NCBI GenBank assembly: GCA_964618695.1
Contig: CAZUDX010000004.1
Location: 86,257-150,256, forward strand
Direction: 5' to 3'
DNA: 64,000 nt
Source of the DNA: an uncultured Candidatus Bathyarchaeia archaeon
GTDB taxonomy: Archaea > Thermoproteota > Bathyarchaeia > Bathyarchaeales > Bathyarchaeaceae
In this document: in pieces, positions 18,981 through 28,613 of the stretch
Numbering within the stretch: position 1 is the first letter of the stretch
Layout of the letters: each line of letters begins with the position of its first letter
The notes under the pieces: generated by a model
The model's database searches: none
The model's input: the letters and a program-made list of their open reading frames with translations, nothing else
Told to the model about the DNA's origin: nothing
Translations under genes and position numbers: made by a program

Positions 18981-19484
18981 ATGTCAGTTGAAGAACCATC
19001 TGAAAGTGAAGAATTGGTGAAGGTAGAAACGTTGACTCCGAATTCGAGAGGCGTCAACACTATTGTGAAGGTAGTTTCGAAAGGTGAAGTCAGGAGCGTC
19101 ACGGGAAGAGATTATTCTGTTCGCCGAGTTGCAGATGCCTTGGTGGGAGACGAAACAGCGTGCGTATACATGACTCTTTGGGATGACAAAATAGATGCGA
19201 TAAACGAAGAATCCACCTTGCGTATCACTAATGGTTACGTAAATCTCTTCAGAGGAAACATGCGCTTAAACATAGGAAAATACGGCAGCTATGAAGTAGT
19301 GGAAGATTCGCCTATCACTGAAGTCAACACTGAAAATAATTTGTCCGACAAACGGTACGAGCAAGAGAGACGATTCCGCAGACCATATGGTGGCGGAAGA
19401 AGCGGCGGATACGGTGGAAGAGGCGGCGGAAGAAGCGGCGGATACGGCAGCGGAAGAAGAGACTACCAGCGAAGAAGATACTAA
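18981..19484 (+). CDS. ssb: Single-stranded DNA-binding protein, single OB fold with RGG-rich tail
   Basis: 167 aa. OB-fold core (VNTIVKVVSKGEVRSV...GDETACVYMTLWDDKI...LRITNGYVNLFRGNMRLNIGKYG) plus tail GGGRSGGYGGRGGGRSGGYGSGRRDYQRRRY, as in crenarchaeal-type SSB. Confidence 0.75.
   Translation: MSVEEPSESEELVKVETLTPNSRGVNTIVKVVSKGEVRSVTGRDYSVRRVADALVGDETACVYMTLWDDKIDAINEESTLRITNGYVNLFRGNMRLNIGKYGSYEVVEDSPITEVNTENNLSDKRYEQERRFRRPYGGGRSGGYGGRGGGRSGGYGSGRRDYQRRRY
19392..19447 (+). repeat. 33-nt period tandem repeat encoding the RGG tail of SSB
   Basis: ggcggaagaagcggcggatacgg occurs at 19392-19414 and again at 19425-19447. Confidence 0.8.
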
Positions 19485-19558
19485 AACTTTTTTCCACTTT
19501 TCTTTTTTCCTTTTTCAACTTTTTGTAAATTTAGATAGGCTATTTTAGGATTTTTGGC

Positions 19559-20605
19559 TCAACAAGCCATCGTACTGTTTGTTTTTGGTTGCCTAGGGAT
19601 TCTTTTGAAGAGCTGATAAATTTGTCCAATACAGAAAGAGAGCGTTCTGAAGATGTCAATAACAGGGTATATGAATATTCTAGAGAATTTTTTGTTCTTG
19701 AGCGCCCTATATGCGTAGACTGACATCACCATAAGTAAAGGTACGCCTGTGAATCCAAATAGTAGCCAGCGGAAAATGCTGTAACTTGACGTAAGAGTCA
19801 GATATGTCAGGGATCCGGTTATTATCAGCCAGCTTATGAAGCCCATTAGTCCAAGAAACGACCATTTAGACACTGCGTCTTTCAGTTTTTTCTGTTTAAG
19901 CACAATACCGCTTCCTTTGCCGTACTGAAAGTTTTGTTTCAAAAATTCCTTAAGAGTTGATCTGTGTTTGTGCCAGACCAAAACGTCGGGGTCTAAAACC
20001 ATCTTGTAGCCAGCGTTGCAGACTCTGTCGGCAAACTCGACTTCGTCGAAGCCATATTGGATATTTTCGTCGAAGTATCCAACTTCTTCAGCTATTTTTC
20101 GTCTGAAAGCCATGTTGCATCCTGCTGGGTGGCGGAAGAATGGTTTTACTTTTTTGAGTTCTTCCCGTTTTGTGAAGATAGGCATCAGCCGTACTATGCT
20201 GTTGTCTGCGTATTGGGAAATGAAGTCGTTTTCGAGGGCGTTTGCGCTTCCTCCTACGCAGCTTACTTGTGGGTCTTTGAAGTTCTCGACGATTTTTGTT
20301 ATCCAGTTGCTGGGCACTACGCAGTCTGCGTCGGTGAAGGCTACGATTTCGCCGTTGCCGCATTTTATTCCAGTGTTTCTTGCAACGTTTAGCCCCTTTC
20401 TCTCCTCAACAATCAGTTTTACGGGATATTTTTTTACTATTTCTCGGGTTTTGTCTGTTGAGTTTCCGTCAACTACAATCACTTCTACTTTTTTTCTGTC
20501 GTAGTCCAGTCTCTGAAGGGAATCTAGTAGTGACTTGATGGTTAGTTCTCCGTTTCGGACAGGAACTACCACAGTGACTGAAGGGGTTGCGTCGGTGTCT
20601 TCCAT
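19559..20605 (-). CDS. Glycosyltransferase family 2 with C-terminal TM segments
   Basis: 348 aa. VTVVVPVRNGELTIKSLLDSLQRLDY..VEVIVVDGNSTDKT and a FTDADC (DxD-like) motif. Hydrophobic C-terminal third. Confidence 0.8.
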   Translation of the reverse strand: MEDTDATPSVTVVVPVRNGELTIKSLLDSLQRLDYDRKKVEVIVVDGNSTDKTREIVKKYPVKLIVEERKGLNVARNTGIKCGNGEIVAFTDADCVVPSNWITKIVENFKDPQVSCVGGSANALENDFISQYADNSIVRLMPIFTKREELKKVKPFFRHPAGCNMAFRRKIAEEVGYFDENIQYGFDEVEFADRVCNAGYKMVLDPDVLVWHKHRSTLKEFLKQNFQYGKGSGIVLKQKKLKDAVSKWSFLGLMGFISWLIITGSLTYLTLTSSYSIFRWLLFGFTGVPLLMVMSVYAYRALKNKKFSRIFIYPVIDIFRTLSFCIGQIYQLFKRIPRQPKTNSTMAC

Positions 20606-20745
20606 TAAAATCGCTTCTTTTATTACGTAGCGTAGAATTCACTCGAAACAATTTATTGTTTACGCCAAAAAAGGCTTTAAGTTAGCCCAGTCTTCTTTAT
20701 GAAACGAGCAAATGTGATGTTAGTTTAGTTAAAACTTGGTTCCGA

Positions 20746-21786
20746 ATGGTGGTATTTGTGTCTGAAGAGCGTTTGAGTTGCCCTTCTGTTTCGATTGTGG
20801 TAGTGAACTACAATGGCAGACAATTTTTGAGGCAGTGTTTAAGCACGCTTTTGGATACAAATTACCCTAATTTTGAAGTTATAGTTGTTGATAACGCTTC
20901 AACGGATGGGAGTTTCGAGGAGGTAGAGGAGTCTTTCGGTTCGGTTCCTAATGTGAGGCTTGTAAAGAATGGCGAGAATGTGGGACATGCTGAGGGTTGC
21001 AACGTTGGGGCGCGGTTGACTGAAGGGCGGTACCTTGTTTTTTTGGATAGTGACACAGAATTCAGGGATGAGAATTGGCTGTGGGAATTGGTTAGGGTTA
21101 TGGAGGGTGATGAGAGTGTGGGGTTGGCGCAGGCTAAGCTGGTGTTGGCGGAGGATAAAGGTTGTTTAGATTATGTTTGTGTGGCTGTTGATGCGTTAGG
21201 AACGTGGGCTGCGACTTATGGGTTAAAGGAGGATGGGATTAAAGAGAATTTGGAGATTTTGGCAGCGTCTTCAGGTTGCTGCATTGTTCGGAGAGAGATT
21301 TTCAATGAAATCGGGGGCTTTGACTCTGATTATTTCATTTATGATGATGACACTGACCTTTCTCTTCGGGCAAGGTTGTTGGGTTATCGGGTGTTGTTGG
21401 TTCCTTCTGCTTTTGTGATTCATCGTGGCGGCGTCTGGAGGGGGTTGAACAGTCGCACTCTTTTTCACTCTTCAAAGAATCGGGTGCGGACTGCGCTTAA
21501 GAATTATGAGTTGCGGAATGTTTGGTGGAGGTTTTCAGTTTTGAGTTTTTTCACGTTTGTGGTTTCTGTTGGTTTCGTTGTTTTGGGGAAGAGTGAAGAA
21601 GCTAAGGCTACTTTTAGGGGGCTGTTGAGTCCGTTGAAAGATTTTCGGAAGATATGGAGGAAAAGGCTTTTGCTTCAGTCAAAGAGGCGCATAAGAGACC
21701 ACGAGCTTGTCAACAAAGGTCTCATAAGAAACGACTTTCGGTCAACGCTTCAGGACTTCAAAATCAAACTGAAAAACATGCACTAA
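20746..21786 (+). CDS. Glycosyltransferase family 2
   Basis: 346 aa. VSIVVVNYNGRQFLRQCLSTLLDTNYPNFEVIVVDNASTDGS, FLDSDTEF (DxD). The coding strand is extremely G+T-rich. Confidence 0.8.
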   Translation: MVVFVSEERLSCPSVSIVVVNYNGRQFLRQCLSTLLDTNYPNFEVIVVDNASTDGSFEEVEESFGSVPNVRLVKNGENVGHAEGCNVGARLTEGRYLVFLDSDTEFRDENWLWELVRVMEGDESVGLAQAKLVLAEDKGCLDYVCVAVDALGTWAATYGLKEDGIKENLEILAASSGCCIVRREIFNEIGGFDSDYFIYDDDTDLSLRARLLGYRVLLVPSAFVIHRGGVWRGLNSRTLFHSSKNRVRTALKNYELRNVWWRFSVLSFFTFVVSVGFVVLGKSEEAKATFRGLLSPLKDFRKIWRKRLLLQSKRRIRDHELVNKGLIRNDFRSTLQDFKIKLKNMH

Positions 21787-21963
21787 CACTACATATTTCC
21801 CAATTTTAATCTCGGTTTGGATGATTTTTCGGAAAAAAAGCTGTTTTCAACAATCTGCTGTTATTAGTCTCCTAATATGAACTAAAGGAGGCACTCAGTT
21901 TCTATACGAGAAATGTGAAAACCTTTAAAGAAGCAACGTTTAGATGAGGTAAAGGCGAGACTG

Positions 21964-22746
21964 ATGAAGACTATAATTCGTACGGACAAGTTGTCCAAAC
22001 ATTATGGCAACGAGGTGAGGGCTGTTGACGAGCTTGACCTAGAAGTTTTTGAGGGAGAAACTTTTGGTTTGCTTGGTCCAAACGGGGCGGGAAAAACAAC
22101 CACTGTCAGGCTATTGAACTGCATAATAAAACCGACGAGTGGAACAGCCAATCTGAACGGCTACGACATCCTCAAAGATGAAACAGAAGTGAAACGGGTA
22201 ACGGGGTTACTCGCCGAGTCCCCAGGCTTGCACGAAAAACTAAGCGCCTACGAATTTCTGGAGTTCATGGGCGCCCTCTATGATGTCCCCAACGAGATAT
22301 TGCCGAAAAGGATTGAGGATTTGCTCAAGCTGTTTAGCCTCTATGACCGACGTGATTTTCTTCTCGAAAGCTACAGTCGCGGTATGAAACAGAAAATTTT
22401 GATTGCCGCAGCTCTCATCCATGATCCTCCTATTCTTTTCCTCGACGAACCAACATCCACATTGGATCCCCGCGCTGCCGTAATGGTTAAGGACTTGATT
22501 AAATCGTTAGCGGATAGTGCAGGGAAAACCATCTTCATTTGCAGTCACATTCTTCCCGTTGTAGAGGAGTTGTGCGACCGCATAGGCATAATTAACCAAG
22601 GCAAGCTCGTTGCTGTAGGCACAATAGACGAAATCATCGCTGAAGCAGGAACGAAGACCTTGGAAGACGCTTTCATTGCAATAACTGGCGGGGTCGAAGA
22701 GAAAGAACTTTTGGCGTGGAGGAAACAGAAGACTGCCAACCCCTAA
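21964..22746 (+). CDS. ABC transporter ATP-binding protein
   Basis: Walker A GPNGAGKTT, signature YSRGMKQK, Walker B ILFLDEPTS. Confidence 0.9.
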   Translation: MKTIIRTDKLSKHYGNEVRAVDELDLEVFEGETFGLLGPNGAGKTTTVRLLNCIIKPTSGTANLNGYDILKDETEVKRVTGLLAESPGLHEKLSAYEFLEFMGALYDVPNEILPKRIEDLLKLFSLYDRRDFLLESYSRGMKQKILIAAALIHDPPILFLDEPTSTLDPRAAVMVKDLIKSLADSAGKTIFICSHILPVVEELCDRIGIINQGKLVAVGTIDEIIAEAGTKTLEDAFIAITGGVEEKELLAWRKQKTANP

Positions 22747-22798
22747 ATGGCTAATTGTTGCGCGGAACGAATACCGCATACGCATCAACAGGATACGA

Positions 22799-24313
22799 AT
22801 GATAAAACCATTCTTTCCCTATCTAGCAATTGGGCTTTTAGCAGTTTACATAGTGTTCATTGCACCAGCACTCGTTAATTTGTTCGTAGACGACCTGATC
22901 GCCTTCTTCCTCTCCCAACTTGCTTTAGCGATGGTGCCAATCCTATTGTTCATGATTTTCTTCTACCTCCTGATACTTCCAATCACCTACACGTTGCAGG
23001 GCATGCAAGCAGGACAAGTAGAAATCTTCTTAGCAGCACCAATCAAACCAAGCGAAATTCTGCTAGGAGAGTTCTTGGGTGTAATGCCGTTTTACGCCAT
23101 CGCCATAACCGTAATCGCTGGCTTTTTTACAGCTGCTCTAACCCCATTGGGATTAGATATACTTCAGATATCGCTAATCATCATGATTTTTGTGATAACT
23201 TTTCTTTCCGCCATCTGGATTGGCACAGTGATTGCCGCCTTTGTACGAACAAAGTTTGCAAAATCCGCCCGCGGAAGAGATATCGGAAGAGCCTTATCGC
23301 TTGTGATTGCTTTGCCCATGATCGCAATAATGTACGCAATTATGGGAGGAGGCTTGCTTGACGCCTTAGCCGATCCAGGCACAAGCGGATTAACTAGAGA
23401 CATTCTAAGTCTGCTGCCTAGTTCTTGGGGAGCTGAGGTTATCGCCGACTTTGCAGCCAACCCCGGAAACATAGGTGCGGTTGGTTTCGAGACACTAATT
23501 CGATGCGGAGGGCTTGTCATTTTCTTTGTGGCAGTGCTGTGGCTTGGCACAAAAGCAGCTAATCGTGCCTACAGAATTGAACCAACTACATTCATAGCTT
23601 CCAAGGCTAAACCAGACGGATTCTTCTATAGAACCATTAGAAAGCTCGGGGGAGGCAAATCTTTCGGCACCCTCCTCGTATCCATATTCAAGGATTATGG
23701 TCGAAGACTCGAAAACCTTTCAAGAATAGCTTACATCGTGGGTCTAATAGCTATGGTAAACATTTTCTTTGGAGGCAGGGCTGAGGACCCAGAAGACACC
23801 CTCTTAATAGGAATATTCTTGTTTTCTTTTCTCGCAGTGTTAGTGGTTGGCACAGTGACCACTGGGGGAAAGGAAAGCCTCTTCATATACAAGAAGGCTC
23901 CTTCGGGTGTGGGAAGATTTGTTAAAGCGAGGCTGCTACAAGGTTGGCTGGTGGCAGTTCCGATCGGCGCAGTGATTACAGCGGTTTCAATTCTCCAAGT
24001 TCCTCAAACAAACATTATAGAACTGTTGACTTACACCGGATTCTTGGCGCAACTGGTTGCAGCGAACGTGGCTTTAGCTCTAGGTCTCGCTCTTTTGAAC
24101 CCAGAATTCTCTGAAAATACTCGCGCACAGATGATGGGGATGATGGTGAACGCGCAAGTAGCCATGTTTGCTTCCTTGGGAATTTTCATTGGGTCACTGA
24201 TAGTATTAGACCTAGGTTTTTTCAACACTATGCTTCTGCAATCTGCGGTGATTTGGCTACTGGGAATTGTGTTCCTCAACTTTGGAAGAAGAAAGCTCAG
24301 CAGAATTGAATAA
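22799..24313 (+). CDS. Polytopic membrane protein, putative permease partner of the 21964 ATPase
   Basis: 504 aa, many hydrophobic helices, immediately downstream of the ATPase. No family-specific motif recognised. Confidence 0.55.
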   Translation: MIKPFFPYLAIGLLAVYIVFIAPALVNLFVDDLIAFFLSQLALAMVPILLFMIFFYLLILPITYTLQGMQAGQVEIFLAAPIKPSEILLGEFLGVMPFYAIAITVIAGFFTAALTPLGLDILQISLIIMIFVITFLSAIWIGTVIAAFVRTKFAKSARGRDIGRALSLVIALPMIAIMYAIMGGGLLDALADPGTSGLTRDILSLLPSSWGAEVIADFAANPGNIGAVGFETLIRCGGLVIFFVAVLWLGTKAANRAYRIEPTTFIASKAKPDGFFYRTIRKLGGGKSFGTLLVSIFKDYGRRLENLSRIAYIVGLIAMVNIFFGGRAEDPEDTLLIGIFLFSFLAVLVVGTVTTGGKESLFIYKKAPSGVGRFVKARLLQGWLVAVPIGAVITAVSILQVPQTNIIELLTYTGFLAQLVAANVALALGLALLNPEFSENTRAQMMGMMVNAQVAMFASLGIFIGSLIVLDLGFFNTMLLQSAVIWLLGIVFLNFGRRKLSRIE

Positions 24314-24353
24314 CAGAAAGAGTGGAGGATGAAGCTCAGGCGGTATTCTTGTT

Positions 24354-25462
24354 TTAGTCTTCTCTCCAGTTTGTTATTAACGAACCTAGAACAATGAAGA
24401 ATATGGCGACCGCCAAGACTATTGCTGTGTTGTATAATGCACTTGATACGTTGCCATAAACCATAGAGTCTCTTAATCCATCGTTAAGATAGGTTAGAGG
24501 CAAAACCTTCGCAATCTCTCGCAGAAAATCAGGCATCATCTCTAGAGGAAAGAAGCTGCCCGAAAGAAACATCATTGGGAACGTTACCGCATTTGCAGCC
24601 GCATCAGCTGAATCGGTTTCTTTCACAAATCTTGCGATTACCATGCCCATTCCCGGAAAGGCTATTGCACCTGCCACGATCAAAATTATGGAGTATAAGT
24701 TCGGTAGAACTCTCAAATCGAATACCAAAACTCCAATGGTTAAAATAACCACTGTTGAAATTGCGCTCATGACGACTTCAAAGAGAATTACTCCGATAAT
24801 CCACTCGAATTTTGAGAGGGGCGTTGTGGCTAACTTCTTTAGTATCCCCAGTTCTCTGTTTCGGGTATTCCATCCAATAGCCCCGAATACGCCCGTGGTC
24901 ATTAGTGTCATTCCAATTAAGCCTGGAACAAAGAAATCTATGAACCTGTAATTTTCGGAGACCAAGCTTTCAGATTCGATTGTAACTACTTGAGGTGGGT
25001 TCTCTCCGGTTGTAACCGTGTTAAATACCTCCACTATCTGTTCAACCACGCCTCTTACTGTTGCCGCCGAAGTGTCAACCTCTGGTGGGACCGTCTTCAG
25101 AACAACACTTGCATTATGAGTAAGACACGACTGGTGGAACCCGTATGGTATCAGAAGCATCATTTCAACTCCCTCCTCATCAATATATTCTGCTGTGTCC
25201 TCAGCGGGGTCAACCATCTGAGCTTCAGAACACCAGTTTCATTCAACATAGCAACAAACGTGGCAGAAAATGGAGAGGGATCACCATCGATTATGTCTTG
25301 ATTTTGAATGTAAAAGTCAAATCTTGGATCGTCGCTAACGCTGAAGATTGCACCGAAGAGTAACATGAGGAGAATTGGAAAGGCAAGGGTCCAGAATAGA
25401 GTGTGCTTGCTCCTGAACCAGATTCGAAGGGCGCCACCCATAATTGCTAATATTCTCTTCAA
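24354..25462 (-). pseudogene. ABC-2 type permease, reading frame broken near 25215-25240 (pseudogene or 1-nt sequence error)
   Basis: The N-terminal fragment ORF 25160-25462 (TM1 plus start of the extracytoplasmic loop) and the C-terminal fragment ORF 24354-25217 (loop plus 5 TM) overlap in different frames. Together they give a normal-size (~370 aa) ABC-2 permease. The start overlaps the upstream ATPase stop (TTGA). Confidence 0.6.
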
Positions 25463-26391
25463 TGCAACTCACCTTCCACAATTTTCTTTCCTGTAAGATT
25501 AAGGAAAACATCTTCCAAATTTGGTCTTCGCACAATCAATTCTGCATACTTGGCTTTTTTTCCATTCAGCATCATTACGGCTTCTGGCAGGTCAGATTTG
25601 CCGTTTATAGGTACCCAAACGTCACCGTTCTCTAGTCTTGCTTTTGGAAACTTGTTTTTGAGAACTTTATGGGCTTCTTTTCCCCCTTCCTCAACAATTA
25701 AAGTGGTCTTTCCACCATGTTGCAGTATCAGTTCACTTGGGGTTCCATCAGCTATTATCTTTCCATGACTGATTATAACCACCCTGTCAGAAAGCACCTC
25801 AGCTTCATCCATGTAATGGGTCGTCAAAAAGATCGTTTTCCCTTGATCTCGTAACCCTTCAATAAGCTTCCAAACGTCTCTTCTTGCTTTTGGATCTAAT
25901 CCTGTAGTTGGTTCGTCAAGGAAAATAAGTTCCGGATCGTTAACCAAAGCTATTGCGATAGCTAATCTTTTCTTCAATCCGCCAGAAAGGTTCTTGTACA
26001 AAGTTTTGGCTTTGTCTTCTAAATCAACGAGTCTGATCAGCTCATTAACATCCATTCCGTGGCCGTACATTTTCTTGTAGTAGCTGAGGTTTTCTTTAAC
26101 AGTTAGGAGGTCAAAGGTGTTAAAATCCTGAGGCAAAACACCAACTCTTTTTCTTATTTGCTGTTGCCCCTTTCTGTCAGAAACATCAAAACCCAAAACT
26201 TTTGCCTTCCCCGCTGTCAAAGCTCGCAAACAAACAAGTATCTCAACAGTGGTGGTTTTGCCTGCGCCGTTTGGGCCTACGAAAGAAAAAACTTCGCCTC
26301 GGTTGACTGTGAAGGAAACGCCGTTGACGGCTGCTAACTCGCCGTACTTTTTCACAAGAGAATCAACGTTTATCACAGTTTCTTTGCTCAT
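25459..26391 (-). CDS. ABC transporter ATP-binding protein (ABC-2/DrrA-like)
   Basis: Walker A GPNGAGKTT, signature LSGGLKKR, Walker B LIFLDEPTTGLD. Confidence 0.9.
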   Translation of the reverse strand: MSKETVINVDSLVKKYGELAAVNGVSFTVNRGEVFSFVGPNGAGKTTTVEILVCLRALTAGKAKVLGFDVSDRKGQQQIRKRVGVLPQDFNTFDLLTVKENLSYYKKMYGHGMDVNELIRLVDLEDKAKTLYKNLSGGLKKRLAIAIALVNDPELIFLDEPTTGLDPKARRDVWKLIEGLRDQGKTIFLTTHYMDEAEVLSDRVVIISHGKIIADGTPSELILQHGGKTTLIVEEGGKEAHKVLKNKFPKARLENGDVWVPINGKSDLPEAVMMLNGKKAKYAELIVRRPNLEDVFLNLTGKKIVEGELH

Positions 26392-26450
26392 TTTGAGTCA
26401 CGTCTGTCATCAAGAGTCGGAAGATAAAGTTTCTCAATGGAGAATATGTA

Positions 26451-26669
26451 CTATCTTTTCACAATGCTCAGGATTTCCCTTACTGGATTGGGATATGCTT
26501 CAGCAAGTTCCCTTGCGACTTGGGGAGGAACTCCTTGAAGTACCAATGTTTTTTTGAATGTTGATTTTGCCCTTCGCCTTTTCACAATAGCCTGTGTGAT
26601 CAAACCCAAAGATTCAACGCATAGTCTGGAAAAATAGAGGACACCAGTGATAAGGGCTTTTACACCCAT
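26451..26669 (-). CDS. Small hypothetical protein (72 aa)
   Basis: ORF only. Lies between another small ORF and the ABC ATPase on the same strand. Confidence 0.3.
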   Translation of the reverse strand: MGVKALITGVLYFSRLCVESLGLITQAIVKRRRAKSTFKKTLVLQGVPPQVARELAEAYPNPVREILSIVKR

Positions 26670-26672
26670 GGC

Positions 26673-26957
26673 TTAGCCCTCATGTGTGCCCACTTTCATT
26701 CCTTTCAGGGTTTCACTCCACTTTGTCAGGGTTCCGAGATAATCTTTTGTCATCGACAAAGCCTGTTCTTCTGGGATACCGCCGTCTTTGAGGCTTTTGT
26801 AGAAGGTTGCTACGGCTTTGCCCATGTCGGCTGCGGCTTGGGGACTGAAAAGAGCATCCAATATTCCCTTTACAAGGCCTGGGACTTCTTTTGATATAGC
26901 TGCGAGGATACCTGCGATTTCTTCGGGTTTCGGCATTTCATGTTTACGTTCACTCAC
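26673..26957 (-). CDS. Small helical hypothetical protein (94 aa)
   Basis: ORF with non-repetitive, helix-prone sequence. Same strand as the ABC genes and upstream of them. Confidence 0.35.
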   Translation of the reverse strand: MSERKHEMPKPEEIAGILAAISKEVPGLVKGILDALFSPQAAADMGKAVATFYKSLKDGGIPEEQALSMTKDYLGTLTKWSETLKGMKVGTHEG

Positions 26958-27032
26958 TATTCTTCACCTCAAGTATAGTATACACTGGATAACATGTTTA
27001 GGTCTATTGGACAATTCTGACCAGTGAAGTGG

Positions 27033-27503
27033 TCAAGGTAAACTATAACGGTTTCCTTCTTTCACCAAAGCTTTCGATTGGATAAGTTGTTTTACTTTTT
27101 TTCTAACCGTGGTGCGTGACGCTTTTCCGCGTTGGCGTTTAATTTCTCGGGTAAGCTCGCTTAGGTTCTTGGGTCCTTTCACTGCTATGTAGTTTAGGAT
27201 TATTTTGTTTATTTCGTCTCTTTGAGAAGTGGATTCTATGAGGTGGCGTGCGGATACTATGCGGTTGAGGGTCTTTAATGGTTCTCCGTAGAGGGCTGTT
27301 CCCAGTTTTAGGCTTTGGAGAAAACTGACAACTTCAGGATATTTTTGGCTCTCTGTGAGGACAGCCTCCAGATAGTTGAGGCGATTGATTATCCAGTCTA
27401 GTTTTTCATTGAGGGCTTTGAGAGAGCCGTTAATATCTGACAAGGCTGATCGGGTGTATATTTCGTGGAACAGAAAATATGACTTTTGCCTATAAGGAAT
27501 CAA
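27033..27503 (-). CDS. Winged-helix transcriptional regulator
   Basis: 156 aa. The C-terminal part (ILNYIAVKGPKNLSELTREIKRQRGKASRTTVRKKVKQLIQSKALVKEGNRYSL) is wHTH-like. Heads the ABC-2 locus. Confidence 0.5.
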   Translation of the reverse strand: MIPYRQKSYFLFHEIYTRSALSDINGSLKALNEKLDWIINRLNYLEAVLTESQKYPEVVSFLQSLKLGTALYGEPLKTLNRIVSARHLIESTSQRDEINKIILNYIAVKGPKNLSELTREIKRQRGKASRTTVRKKVKQLIQSKALVKEGNRYSLP

Positions 27504-27552
27504 TATTTTATTGTGTTTTTACATAAGTTCATGTGGGTGGTGAGAGAATTCT

Positions 27553-28020
27553 ATGCCCAGACTTGTGAAGGGTGGTAAATATGTTTACGGTTGGTCAAAA
27601 GTAGGGAGTGATGGAAGAATTACCGTTCCTGATGAAGCTCTTGCAGAGTATAATTTGAAGAGAGGTAGCAAAGTAATTCTGTTGCTTGGCAGCAGTCGCT
27701 CTGGAGGATTTGCATTAACAAACGATTCACTGCTGAAGGATTCGCGTTTGTCAGTGATCTTGGATGAAAATCCTCAACTGGCTAGATTTAGTTTAGCTGA
27801 AGGAGAAGTCTTGAGGATTGCGGGGAAACCTTACTGTTGGGTTACGTTGAATAGTAATGGTTGTATTGTTGTTCCTTTGGAAACTCTGAAAGAATACGGA
27901 GTTGATGTGGGGGACCTTTTGCTTTCGGTGAGAGGAAGTCGTCTTGCATTAGGCTTTTGTAATAAGGGTCCATTAATAGCTGAGGCGAAACAACATTCGG
28001 GTCTACCCTTGTTCAAATAA
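27553..28020 (+). CDS. Tandem AbrB/SpoVT-type (swapped-hairpin) domain protein
   Basis: 155 aa with two copies of the AbrB-like signature: GRITVPDEALAEYNLKRGSKVILL and NGCIVVPLETLKEYGVDVGDLLLSV. Confidence 0.55.
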   Translation: MPRLVKGGKYVYGWSKVGSDGRITVPDEALAEYNLKRGSKVILLLGSSRSGGFALTNDSLLKDSRLSVILDENPQLARFSLAEGEVLRIAGKPYCWVTLNSNGCIVVPLETLKEYGVDVGDLLLSVRGSRLALGFCNKGPLIAEAKQHSGLPLFK

Positions 28021-28057
28021 TTTTGTAATGGTTATATGCGGAGTTTTCTAGTGACTG

Positions 28058-28261
28058 TTGTCTGTAAGTTGTGGATCAATTTGCGTAAAATCTATCAGTG
28101 TTAAGCGTTTATGTATAGGGTGTGGGGGCTTAGTGTTGAAGCTGTATTGTTGTCCAGAGTGTAGTGGAACTGAGGTTACTTGGGATAGGAGAGTTGGGAA
28201 AGCAGTGTGTCCTAAAGATGGAACTCCAGTCAGTGAATTTAGGTTGCTTGTTGATGGCTAA
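28058..28261 (+). CDS. Small zinc-ribbon protein (start uncertain, possibly GTG near 28133)
   Basis: CxxC...CPEC...CPKDG cysteine pairs. Confidence 0.3.
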   Translation: MSVSCGSICVKSISVKRLCIGCGGLVLKLYCCPECSGTEVTWDRRVGKAVCPKDGTPVSEFRLLVDG

Positions 28262-28316
28262 CCATTTGATTACGCACTAAAAAAGAGTGAAAGTTTTCCA
28301 CAGCCAGTGTTAGCGG

Positions 28317-28508
28317 TTAGGCTGCAACTAATCTCGGATGAGCTAAGTTAGCTTGGATTCGTCTGATGTTTTGTTCGGTTACTCCCAAGTCTTTGAGAAG
28401 CTTAAGTAGGTCGCCAAGGTTAACGATTTTTTTGCAATCTTGACAAACTCTTAATTCAGCGTAATATCTGGATATTTTTCCGTTACAATCAGGACATTCA
28501 AATAACAT
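28317..28508 (-). CDS. Small zinc-ribbon protein
   Basis: MLFECPDCNGK...RVCQDCKK (two CxxC pairs). GGGGGAG lies 6 nt upstream of this ATG. The longer ORF-track start (28598) lacks such support. Confidence 0.45.
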   Translation of the reverse strand: MLFECPDCNGKISRYYAELRVCQDCKKIVNLGDLLKLLKDLGVTEQNIRRIQANLAHPRLVAA

Positions 28509-28613
28509 GTCGACTCCCCCAATTAATATGGTGCGAAAGAAGCAGATATTAGTTTGCATTATCCTACTGTTCCATCGAAACGAGGAAACAGCTTCCAATT
28601 CTTTGCTAAAAGC

